NCBI GenBank assembly: GCA_963575745.1 | Contig: CAUYUJ010000015.1 | Location: 186,001-250,000, forward strand | Reading direction: 5' to 3' | DNA length: 64,000 bases | DNA from: Prorocentrum cordatum | Taxonomy: Eukaryota | Shown here: positions 22,480-33,229 of the stretch, piece by piece | Position numbering within the stretch: the first letter of the stretch is position 1 | Layout of the letters: each line of letters starts with the position of its first letter | Made by a program: the position numbers and the translations under genes | The notes under the pieces: generated by a model | Database searches by the model: none | Told to the model about the DNA's origin: nothing | What the model saw: the letters and a program-made list of their open reading frames with translations, nothing else

Positions 22480-25400
22480 TCGGAGGGCGCCGTATGGAAA
22501 ACGTATTGAGTGGCAATGTATCGCCTCATGTTGAGGCCCAGAATGCAAGTGAAACAGTTGTTTTTCTCAACCAGTTTTCTGGTGACCCCCCCCTTCGTGG
22601 GTCACCTGGTGTGCTTGCGCCGTATCGAAAACGCATTGAGTGGCAGTGCGCCGCCTCATGTTGAGGCCCAGAATGCAAGTGAAACAATGGGTTTCTCTCA
22701 ACCAGTTTTCTGATGACCCACCCCTTCGTGGGTCACCAGGTGTGCTTGCGCCGTATGGCAAACGTATTGAGTGGCAATGCATCGCCTCATGTTGAGGCCC
22801 AGAGAGCAAGTGAAACAACTGTTTTTTCTCAACCAGTTTTCTGGTGACCCACCCCTTCGTGGGTCACCTGGTGTGCTTGCGACGCATGGCAAATATATTG
22901 AGTGGCAGCGCATCGCCACATGACGAGGCCCAGGATGCAGGTGAAACAATTGGTTTTTCTCAACAAGGGGTTTCTGGTGACCCACCCCTTCGTGGGTCAC
23001 CTGGTGTGCTTGCGCCGCATGGAAAACGCATTGAGTGGCAATGCATCGCCTCATGTTGAGGCCCAGAATGCAAGTGAAACAATTTGTTTTTTCCAAACCA
23101 GTTTTCTGGTGACCCACCCCTTCGTGGTTCACCTGGTGCGCTTGCGCCGTATGGCAAAAATATTGAGTGGCAATGCATCGCCTCATGTTGAGGCCCAGAA
23201 TGCAAGTGAAACAATTGGTTATCCTCAACCAGTGTTCTGGTGACCCACCCTTTCGTGGGTCACCTGGTGTGTGTTTCGCCGTATTGAAAACGCATTGAGT
23301 GGCAATGCGTCGCCTCGTGTTGAGGCCCAGAATGCAAGAAAAACGATGGGTTTTTCTCAACCAGTTTTCTGGTGACCCACCCCTTCGTGGGTCACCTGAC
23401 GTATTGAATGGCAGCGCATCGCCTCATGACGAGGCCCAAAGTGCAAGTGAAACAGTTGGTTTTTCTCAACCAGTTTTCTGGTGACCCACCCCTTCGTGGG
23501 TCACCTGGTGTGCATGCGCCGCATGGAAAACGTATTGAGTGGCAGTGCATCGCCACATGACGACGCCCAGGATGCAGGTGAAACAATTTGTTTTTCTCAA
23601 CTAGTTTTCTGGTGACCCACCCCTTCGTGGGTCACCTGGTGCGCTTGCGCCGTATGGCAAACGTATTGAGTGGCAGCGCATCGCCTCATGACGAGGCCCA
23701 GAATGCAAGTGAAACAATTGTTTGTTCTCAACCAGTTTTCTGGTGACCCACCTCTTCGTGGGTCACCTGGTGTGTTTGCGCCGCATGGAAAACGCATTGA
23801 GTGGCAATGCGTCGCCTCATGCTACGGCCCAGAATGCCAGTGAAACAATTTGTTTTTCTCAACCAGTTTTCTGGTGACCCACCCCTTCGTGGGTCACCTG
23901 GTGTGCTTGCGCCGTATGGAACGTATGGAAAACGTATGAGGTGGCAGCGCGTCGCCTCATATTCATGCCCAGAATGCAAGTGAAACAGTTGTTTTTTCTC
24001 AACCAGTTGCTGGTGACCCACCCCTTCGTGGGTCACCTGGTGTGCTTGCGCCGTATGGCAAACGTATTGAGTGGCAGTGCCTCGCCTCATGTTGAGGCCC
24101 AGAATGCAAGTGAAACAGTTGGTTTTTCTCGACCAATTTTCTAGTGACCCACCCCTCCGTGGGTCACCCGGTGGGCTTGCGCCGTATGGCAAACGTATTG
24201 AGTGGCAGTGCTTCGCCTCATGTTGAGGCCCGGACTGCAAGTGACATATTTGGTTTTTCTCAACCAGTTTTCTAGTGACCCACCCCTTCGTGGGTCACCT
24301 TGTGTGCTTGCGCCGTATGGAAAACGCACTGAGTGGCAATGCATCGCCTCATGTTGAGGCCCAGAATGCAAGTGAAACGATGGGTTTTTCTCAACCAGTT
24401 TTCTGGTGACCCACCCCTTCGTGGGTCACCTGGTGCGCTTGCGCCGTATGGCAAACGTATTGAGTGGCAATGCCACGCCTCATGTTGAGGCCCAGAATGC
24501 AAGAGAAACAATTTGTTTTTCTCAAATAGTTTTCTGGTGACCCACCCCTTCGTGGGTCACCTGGTGTGCTTGCGCCGCATGGAATACGTATTGAGTGGCA
24601 GTGTTTCGTCTCATGTTGAGGCCCGGAATGCAAATGAACCACTAGGTTTTTCTCAACCAGTTTTCTGGTGACCCACCCCTTCGTGGGTCACCTGGTGTGC
24701 TTGCGCCGTATGGCAAACATCTTGAGTGGCAGTGCATCGCGTCATGACGAGGCCCAAGATGCAGGTGAAACCATTTGTTTTTCTCAACCAGTATTCTGGT
24801 GACCCACCTCTTCGTGGGCCCCCTTGTGTGCTTGCGCCGTATGGAAAACGTATTGAGTGGCAATGCATCGCCTCATGTTGAGGCCCAGAACGCAAGTGAA
24901 GCAATTGGTTATCCTCAACCAGTTGTCTGGTGACCCACCCCTTCGTGGGTCACCCGGTGTGCTTGCGCCGTATGGAAAACGTGTTGAGTGGCAATGCGTC
25001 GCCTCATGTTGAGGCCCAGAATGCAATTGGAACATTTTGTTTTTCTCAACCAGTTCTCTGGTGACCCACCTCTTCGTGGGTCACCTGGTGTGTTTGCGCT
25101 GCATGGAAAACGCATTGAGTGGCAATGCGTCGCCTCATGTTGAGGCCCAGAATGCAAGTGGGTTTTTTTCTCAACCAGTTCTCTGGTGACCCACCCCTTC
25201 GTGGGTCACCCGGTGTGCTTACGCCGTATGGGAAACATATTGAGTGGCAGTGCGTCGCCTCATGTTGAGGCCCAGAACGCAAGTGAAACCATTTGTTTTT
25301 CTCAACCGGTTTTCTGGTCACCCACCCCTTCGTGGGTCACCCGGTTTGCTTGCGCCGCCTGGAAACGTATGGAGTGGTAATGCCTCGCCTCATGTTGAGG

Positions 25401-26720
25401 CCCAGAATGCAAGTGAAACAAATTGTTTTTCTCAACCACTTGTCTGGTGACCCACCCCTCCGTGGGTCACCTGGTGTGCTCGCGCCGTAGCGAAAACGCA
25501 TTGAGTGGCAGTGCGTCGCCTCATGTTGAGGCCCAGAATGCAAGTGAAACAGTTGGTTTTTCTCAACCAATTTTCGAGTGACCCACCCCTCCGTGGGTCA
25601 CCCGGTGGGCTTGCGCCGCATGGCAAACGTATTGAGTGGCAATGCCTCGCCTCATGTTGAGGCCCAGAATGCAAGTGAAACAGCTGGTTGTTCTCAACCA
25701 GCTGTCTTGTGACCCACCCCTTCGTGGGTCACCTGGTGTGCTTGCGCCGTATGGCAAACATACAGAGTGGCAGTGCGTCGCCTCATGACGAGGCCCAGGA
25801 TGCAGGTGAAACAATTTGTTTTTCCCAACAAGTTCTCTGGTGACCCACCCCTTCGTGGGTCCCCTGGTGCGCTTGCGCCGTATGGAAAACGTATTGAGTG
25901 GCAATGCATCGCCTCATGTTGAGGCCCAGAATGCAAGTGAAACAAACTGTTTTTCTCAGCCAGTTGTCTGGTGGCCCACCCCTTGGTGGGTCACCCGGTT
26001 TGCTTGCGCCGTATGGAAAACGTATTGAGTGGCAGTGCATCGCCTCATGTTGAGGCCCAGAATGCAAGTGAAACAATTGGTTTTTCTCAACCAGTTGTCT
26101 GGTGACCCACCCCTTCGTGGGTCATCTGGTGTGCTTGCGCCGTATGGAAAACGCATTCAGTGGCAATGTGGCTCAATGGGTCACCTGCTTGCCGTATTGA
26201 GTGGCAGTGCATCGCCTCATGTTGAGGCCCAGAAAGCAAGTGAAACAAATGGTTTTCTCAATCAGTGTTCTGGTGACCCACCCCTTCGTGGGTCACCTGG
26301 TGTGCTTGCGCCGTATCGAAAACGCATTGAGTGGCAGTGCGTCGCCTCATGTTGAGGCCCAGAATGCAGGTGAAACCATTTGTTTTTCTCAACCAGTTTT
26401 CTGGCGACCCACCCCTTCGTGGGTCACCAGGTGTGCTTGCGCCGTACGGCAAACGTATTGAGTGGCAATGTTTCGCCTCATGTTGAGGCCCAGAATGTAA
26501 GTGAGACCATTGGTTTTTCCCAACCAGTTCTCTGGTGGCCCACCCCTTTCGTGGGTCACCTGGTGTGCTTGCGCCGCATGGCAAACATATTGAGTGGCAG
26601 TGCGTCGCCTCATGACGAGGCCCAGGATGCAGGTGAAGCAATTTGTTTCTCTCAACCAGTGTTCTGGTGACCCACCCCTTCGTGGGTCACCTGGCGTGCA
26701 TGCGCTGCATGGAAAACGTC
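22480..26720. repeat. Tandem satellite, ~131-bp unit, ~32 copies
   Basis: Unit GAGTGGCARTGCATCGCCTCATGTTGAGGCCCAGAATGCAAGTGAAACAATTGGTTTTTCTCAACCAGTTTTCTGGTGACCCACCCCTTCGTGGGTCACCTGGTGTGCTTGCGCCGTATGGAAAACGTATT repeated head to tail; no variable spacers. Confidence 0.97.
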
Positions 26721-26769
26721 CAAGGTGGCAGTCATCTGGATTCCTCGGAGGGCGCCGGGCCATGTCCTA

Positions 26770-27315
26770 GGGATTCCTGAGGTTCCCCTTGGGGTTCCTT
26801 AGGGCGCCCTAGGGATTCTTGGGGATTCACCAGGGATTCCTAAGAAGCCCCGAGGGAATCCGAAAGATTCCCTGAGGACCCCGCAGGATCCCCGAAGGAT
26901 TCCGGAGGATTTCCGAAGGGATTCTTTCGGTGCGCCGAGAGATTCCTCCGGATTCCCGAGGGGCTCTTGAAGATTCCGCTTTGAATCCCAAGGATTCCGC
27001 AGGGATTCTCTTGGATTCCCGAGGGGGCCATAAGGATTCCCGAGGGTTTCTGGAGTCCGCGGGAATTCTTAACGACACGTTAGGGATTCCAAAGGATTCC
27101 TTAGGGATTCCTGACGATTCCCAAGGGATCCCTCAGGATTCCCTTAGGATTCTTGAGGAGCCCTTAAGGATTCCTAAGGATTCCCTAGGGATTCCTAGGG
27201 ATGCCCTCGGGATTCCTTAGGATTCCCTTGGGATTCTTGTGGATGCCCTAGGGATTTCTAAGGATTCCTTAGAAATTCCTTATGGATGCCCAAGGGATCC
27301 CCAAGGATTCCCAGA
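26770..27315. repeat. Degenerate ~11-bp minisatellite (GGGATTCCTTA-like)
   Basis: Recurrent ggattcc cores. Confidence 0.85.
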
Positions 27316-28069
27316 GTCTGCCCCTCGCAGGCCGCCCTTCACAGGCTTCCATAGGCTTCCCCCGATAGGCTGTCCCCCACCGGCAAATTCAGGGAAACCC
27401 TCCTTGCCACCCGCCCAGCCAAGAATAATTTACGTTGCGCGCCTCAAATTCACCCTCCATGCTAAAGCAGCAGGACCGCGCACGCCAAGAATAATAATTT
27501 GAAGCTTTTATTCTTCTTCGGAAATTTCAGGGTTACCTTGTAATTTCAAGCCCCAGGCCAGCCCCAGAATAATAATAGTGCATTAAATTTTGTTTCAGAA
27601 CGTATTGAGATTCCTGGGAAATTCGAAGGTAACCTTCGAATTTCCCCCAAAACCCAAGAAGAAGTAGCTAATCGATAGGGTTAAATGATAATCAGCGCCC
27701 CGTCATCGTCTTCTTCGGCGGCAGCGCCTGCTTCGTCGGCGGCGTGTTGGCCTACGTCGACGCGCCCCTGGCCCTCCTCCTCTGCGAGCGGGTTTTGTTC
27801 CACTCTGTCCTCGACCTTGCCCTCTCCGCCATCGCGGCGTGAGGGCGCCGCGCTGTCGCTCGTCGGCCGCCCCCGCGGCCGCTAGGGAGACTCGCGCGAG
27901 GCGCCGCGCTCCCCCTCCATCTCCTCCTCCTCTTTCTCCTTCTCTTTCCCTCTATCTGCAACTCGTCCCTGTCGCGCCCCGAGGCCGGTCGAAAGGGCGG
28001 CCCGCGCGCTTCGCTTCAAGTTGCTTGCCGCTTATGATCTTGAAACTTGAGTCACGGCAACAGTCTTAC

Positions 28070-28665
28070 ATATTGATGGCGAGTGGTTTTCAAAATGTCG
28101 TTCTCGCCCTAGCGCCGCGTGCATTTTTTGAAACAAGCAGCAAGATCTTCACGGATTGAGGGAAGGTCGTTTTCAAACATTGGATGTCCCATGAGCGCCG
28201 AGCATGTTCGTCTCAAACAGTTTGCGCGCGTCTTACGGGTCGAGAGCGGATTGTTTTCAACGCGTCGTTATCGCTTGAGCGCCGCGCACACTCGTTTCAA
28301 ACATTTGCCGAGTTTGATCGGCTTTCCCTGGCCAGCGTATCAGATTCTGCACTTTCTCACAACTCAGGACTGCTAGGGCGCAGCAGTTGCCATCATTTGT
28401 GGTGTGAAAGTCGCATGGATATGTTTTGGCACGATTCACGATCGTCAAAGAGTAACAAGTAGGTTGGTTCGTGGCGCTGGCGCTGGAGTCGTGAGGATGG
28501 TGTTTTGACGCGCTTCAGGATCTTCAAACAGTTGTCTCACAGCGGGGCGATTTCTTCAGTGGAAACGAACTTCTGTAGGGGCCCATGAAGGGGACCTCGG
28601 ATGGAGGGTTTATTCCAACATCGTTGATGAGTTTTGTGTTTACGCTGGTCCTCCTCCTCCCCCCC
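28070..28665 (+). repeat. Dispersed repeat family A, copy 2
   Basis: Same TTTTCAAAATGT..CTCGCC.TAGCGCCGCG subrepeats and 3' ATGAAG.GG..GGAGGGTTTATTCCA block; followed by a cct-rich tract. Confidence 0.8.
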
Positions 28666-29282
28666 TTCCTCGTCCTCCTCCCCATCACCCCCATCATCAC
28701 CCTGATCCTCCTCCCCGTAGGTTTCTTTGCTTTCCTCCTCCATGTTTTCCTCTTCTTCGAATTATTAGTATTTGTGTTCCTTCACCTCCTCTTCTTCCTT
28801 TTCCTCCTCCTCCTCCTCTTTCTCCTCCTTTTCCGCCTCCTTCTTTTCCCCCCTTCCTCAGGCTGAGATCGCTGGGTGGCAGGACCGGGTGATGGCGCTG
28901 TTTGGCCGCAGGCGGCGCGACGGACAGGACGCGCGACGTCCCCGCCCGGTCTTCGAAGGCCCCCTTGGGCTTTCGAAGGGGGACGGCGGGGTGGCCGAAA
29001 TTCCCTTTTCCCCGAAGATCTTAGACGTTCTGTCCATCAAGCGTGTCGCAGAATCTGGGGCCTGCACCAGCTTGTTTTCTTTCGTTGGTGTCTTACGTTT
29101 CACTGTTCAAACAATTGTTGTCTGCGTCTGTCTGTCTTGGAAGGGCGGGATTTGTCCGCCCTGGCCGGCGCGTGCTGCAGGCAACGTGGTTGAATCAGTC
29201 GGCGTCGCGATGCAAAAAAACAAATTAGTTTGGCGAAGGACCCTACCATATGCAGTTGTGAGTACCGTCTCTGTGAGCAACG

Positions 29283-30240
29283 CATTCGGTGGAGCTCCCT
29301 ATGGGGCCACGAAATGCTGTCCTGGGTGGGGAGACGCATGCGAATCCAGCCACTGGGGCCTTCGGTGGAGCTCCCTATGGGGCCACGAAATGCTGTCCTG
29401 GGTGGGGAGACGCATGCGAACACCCTCAATGGGGCCTTCGGTGGACCTCCCTATGGGGCCACGAAACGCTGTCCTGGGTGGGGGAGACGCATGCGAACAC
29501 CCTCAATGGGGCCTTCGGTGGAGCTCCCTATGGGGCCACGAAGCGCTGTCCTGGGGTGGGGGAGACGCATGCGAACACCCCCACTGGGACTTTCGGTGGA
29601 GCTCCCTATGGGGCCACGAAACGTTGTCCTGGGCGGGGGAGACGCATGCGAACACCCCTACTAGGGCCTTCGGTGAAGCTCACAATGGGACCACGAAACG
29701 CTGTCCTGGGTGGAGGAGACGCATGCGAACACCCCGATTTGGGCCTTTGGTGGAGCTCCCTATGGGGCTATGAGACGCTGTCCTGGGCTGGGGAGACGCA
29801 TGCGAACACCCTCAATGGGGCCTTCGGTGGACCTCCCTATGGGGCCACGAAGCGTTGTCCTGGGTGGGGGAGACGCATGCGAACACCCTCAATGGGGCCT
29901 TCGGTGGAGCTCCCTATGGGGCCACGAAACGCTGTCCTGGGTAGGGGAGACGCATGCGAACACCCCCATTGGGGCTTTCGGTGGAGCTCCCTACGGGGCC
30001 ACGACACGCTGTCCTGGGTGGGGGAGACGCATGCGAACACCCCTACTGGGGCTTTCGGTGAAGCTCACAATGGGACCACGAAGCGTTGTCCTGTGTGGGG
30101 GAGACGCATGCAAACACCCCCAGTGGGGCCTTCGGTGGAGCTCCCTATGGGGCCATGAAGCGCTGTCCTGGGTGGGGGAGACGCATGCGAACACCGCCAC
30201 TCTGGCCTTAGGTGGGGCTCTCTGTGGGGCCACGAAACGT
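29283..30240. repeat. Tandem minisatellite, ~76-77-bp unit, ~13 copies
   Basis: Unit GGGGCCTTCGGTGGAGCTCCCTATGGGGCCACGAAACGCTGTCCTGGGTGGGGGAGACGCATGCGAACACCCYCAMT. Confidence 0.95.
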
Positions 30241-30269
30241 GTGAGGGGTGTGACGACATGGGCGGTGGG

Positions 30270-30385
30270 GACGATGATGGTGACGATGATGAGGAGGATG
30301 TGGATGAGGATGATGCTGCAGATGATGATGCTGATGGATGATGGGTGATGGTGATGATGGTGACGATGGTGTAGGGAAAGGGAGG

Positions 30386-30423
<38 letters not shown>

Positions 30424-30424
30424 T

Positions 30425-30492
<68 letters not shown>

Positions 30493-30663
30493 GTGATGGT
30501 GATGGTGATGGTGATGTGATGGTGATGGTGATGGTGATGGTGATGGTGATGGTGATGATGGTGATGATGTGATGGTGATGGTGATGGAGGGGAGGGGAGG
30601 AGGAGGAGGAGGAGGAGGAGGAGGAGGAGGAGGGAGGAGGAGGAGAGGAGAGGAGAGGAGAGG
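30270..30663. repeat. (GAT)n/(GGTGAT)n followed by (GGA)n microsatellites
   Basis: Direct reading. Confidence 0.95.
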
Positions 30664-31194
30664 AACGCGGGGCGCTGTCTCTTCAAAACGAGGACTCAAC
30701 ACCACAGGATGGTTGGGAAACAAATCTTAGACGTTCTGTCTGGGGCGACTGCCAGTTTGCAGTGGCCCCCCAGCCTCGGGGTGCTCTCGGGCATGTGCGC
30801 CTCGCCGAAGGCAGTCTGGGGGCGCTCGGATTTTCCCGGGCAGCTGAGGCCCAATCAATGGCCCGCGAGCCACACAGCCAGGAAGTCCTTATTGCGCCTC
30901 GTCGACTCTGCCTGAAGATTGGCTCTGTCCAGAGCACCCTGGGATTTGTTTATATTCCTCCTCCGCCTCCTCTTCCTCCTCCTTCTCTTCTTCCTCCTCC
31001 TCTTCCCCCTCCTTTTTCTCCTCCTCCTCCTCCTCCTCCTCCTCCTCCTCCTCCTCCTCATCATCATCATCATCAGAATCACCATCATCATCCCTGTTTT
31101 TCTCCTTTCTCTCATCCTCCTCCTTCTCCTCCTCACGGGGGAAACATCACGGGCTGCAGATCAAGGACGACAGCAGGGGTATCATCAAAGCAGC

Positions 31195-31700
31195 ATGCGT
31201 GTCTTACTCCGGTCATGGTGTGTTCGGGTCTCTGGTGTCATGCACCGGCAGCCCGAAGGATGACATCGAAAAGACGACCAGCGCCATATACAAGGCATAC
31301 TTCAAGACCTCCCGCCTGCTCACCAACCAAAGCTGGATCTGACGCACCGGGCAAAGTTCATGAATCAAACGGCATTGGGGATCATACGATCAAGATCCGC
31401 TACATGGTCGCCGTCGCGGCACGTGTGCGAATTGCTGGACACATGCCATACAAGATGGTTGACCATGATGGCAGACATTAGAATGCAGCCTGGGGAGACT
31501 TTCAAGAAAGTTCGCATCAAGAAGGGCCCACATTACGAGGAAAGCGAAGTTGGAACAGTGGTCGAAAGTATGTTCATGCTCATAATAAACGGTATCATGG
31601 CGTCAACATATCCAACGTGCCCTGAAAGCGTAGCACACCGAACAATCATTTGCCAGGGCCCTGAGTGGGTGGCGAAGCGGCGGCAACACACATTCGACAC
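31195..31700 (+). pseudogene. Possible decayed Hint (Hedgehog/intein-like) domain fragment
   Basis: LIINGIMASTY...VAH resembles the Hog C-terminal block (VVNGVxASCY..AH); upstream ACLTP and RIAGH lie in another frame. Confidence 0.3.
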
Positions 31701-33229
31701 GAGAAACGCACGGGGTAGGGCGTTCAGATACGATAGTTCTGGATGGACAAACCAAACGGCATGAAAGACCAGGATACTACGACTGTTAGCACAAATTGTA
31801 AAGGAATCAATAAACATCAAAGTCATATTTCCAGAAGTTCGTAACCAAGAGCTGAGAGAAAGGGGAAAGTCAGGTAGCAAACCCGCCTTGAAGGGGGACC
31901 TCCTCCTCCTCCTCCTCCTCGTCCTCCTCCTCGTCCTCCTCCTCCTCCTCCTCGTCCTCCTCCTCCTCCTCCTCGCCCTCCCCCCAAAGATGCCCCGCAA
32001 AGAAACCCCCGCCCCGCTCCCATGCGGCCGACGACCCGCCCCCACGCCCAGGCTCGCCGCGCCGCCGCAGTGGCCGCCGCCGCTCGGCCTCGCGCCCACG
32101 CCCGCGCTCGCGCTCGCGGTCGCCAGCGCACCCGCCGGCGGCGCCAGCGCCGCCCTCTCCGGCGGCCCCGCCAGCCCCGCCCACGCCGCCAGCGCCGCCG
32201 ACGCCGCCGCGGGCAACGCCCAGCGAGCGGCCGCCCTGCCGCAGCAGCGCCCGCCGCAGGTCCCCGCCGTCATCGCCCTCGCGCGCGCGCCCGCGCTCGC
32301 GCTCGCCGCCGCGGCCGCCAGCGCCGCGGGGGTCGACCAGCGAGCTGCCGCCGCGCCCCGCAGAGGGCCAGCGTTCGCCGGCGCCGCCACTGCCGCCGGC
32401 GCCGCGGGCTTCGTCCCGCCCAGCGGAGGGCCAGCGTTCGCCGGCGCCGCCGCGGCCGCCGCGGGCGTCGTCTGGCGAGCGGCCGCCGCGCCCCGCGGAG
32501 GGCCAGCGTTCGCACAGGCCGGAACGGAAGAGGAGGAGGAGGAGGAGGAGGAGGAGGAGGAGGAGGAGGAGGAGGAGGAGGTTGAGGAGGAGGAGGGTGG
32601 GTCGCGGAATGTCGCCGCCGCCGCTCCGTTGTCTGCCTTGCCGATGCCTTGCTCACCCCGCGGCCGTCTTGCACAACGCTGTCGTGGACACCACAGACAC
32701 GTAGTCTTGCAGGGAAGTGCGCAGCAGCAGCAGCAGCAAGGCTGGCTGCGCGCAAACAGTGGTCGGCGCGAAGGGGACGGGCGGCATTGATTGTAACGAA
32801 GGCCGGGGGGGGCTTCTGTAAAGGAATGGGGCTTCTGAGAATTCCCCAGGCCCTTCTGAGAAGCCCCTTTCTTCTAAGAAGATCCCCGCTGACTTAGAAG
32901 GCGCTGCCCCCTTCGCGCCGCCCCCTTCTTCGCGCCGCCAAAAGACGGGCCATAATATAGCCCAGCACACCATTGATGATGCAATGGGCATTCCCCTCCC
33001 AGGCTCCATCGTCGTAAGGCACTGCTTGCGCTCCTGCGCACTACCCCCCACCCGTGTGATTCTCGTTAGAAAGTATGAGCTGCAGGATAGCAAACTGTGA
33101 AGAAGCTTCCAACAAGAGCTCGGGTTCGCAAAAAGAAACGCCTTCCATCTGGGTAGCTGTTGAAACTCATAGCTTCAGAAAGTATGATCAAAGCGAGGGG
33201 CCAAACGGTCATTCACTGGTCCTGGGAGC

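Larger units (their letters stand above)
29035..30723 (+). mobile_element. Non-autonomous SINE-like insertion with a 17-bp TSD, carrying a minisatellite and microsatellites
   Basis: ATCTTAGACGTTCTGTC at 29018-29034 and 30724-30740; 3' end ..CACAGGATGGTTGGGAAACAA. Confidence 0.72.

Noticed and set aside
22480..26720. CRISPR array
   Set aside because: The whole unit repeats with no unique spacers, there are no cas genes, and the context is eukaryotic.
22480..26720. Tandem hammerhead ribozymes
   Set aside because: The consensus has CTGGTGA rather than CTGANGA, and the following stem is not closed by GAAA; no core on the other strand either.
28772..30686. Repetitive ORFs (GAFGGAPYGATKR, poly-I/H)
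   Set aside because: They are translations of the minisatellite and microsatellites, open in several frames.
31888..32790. 300-aa Ala/Glu-rich ORF as a gene
   Set aside because: Low complexity, bounded by microsatellites, and open in several frames on both strands.
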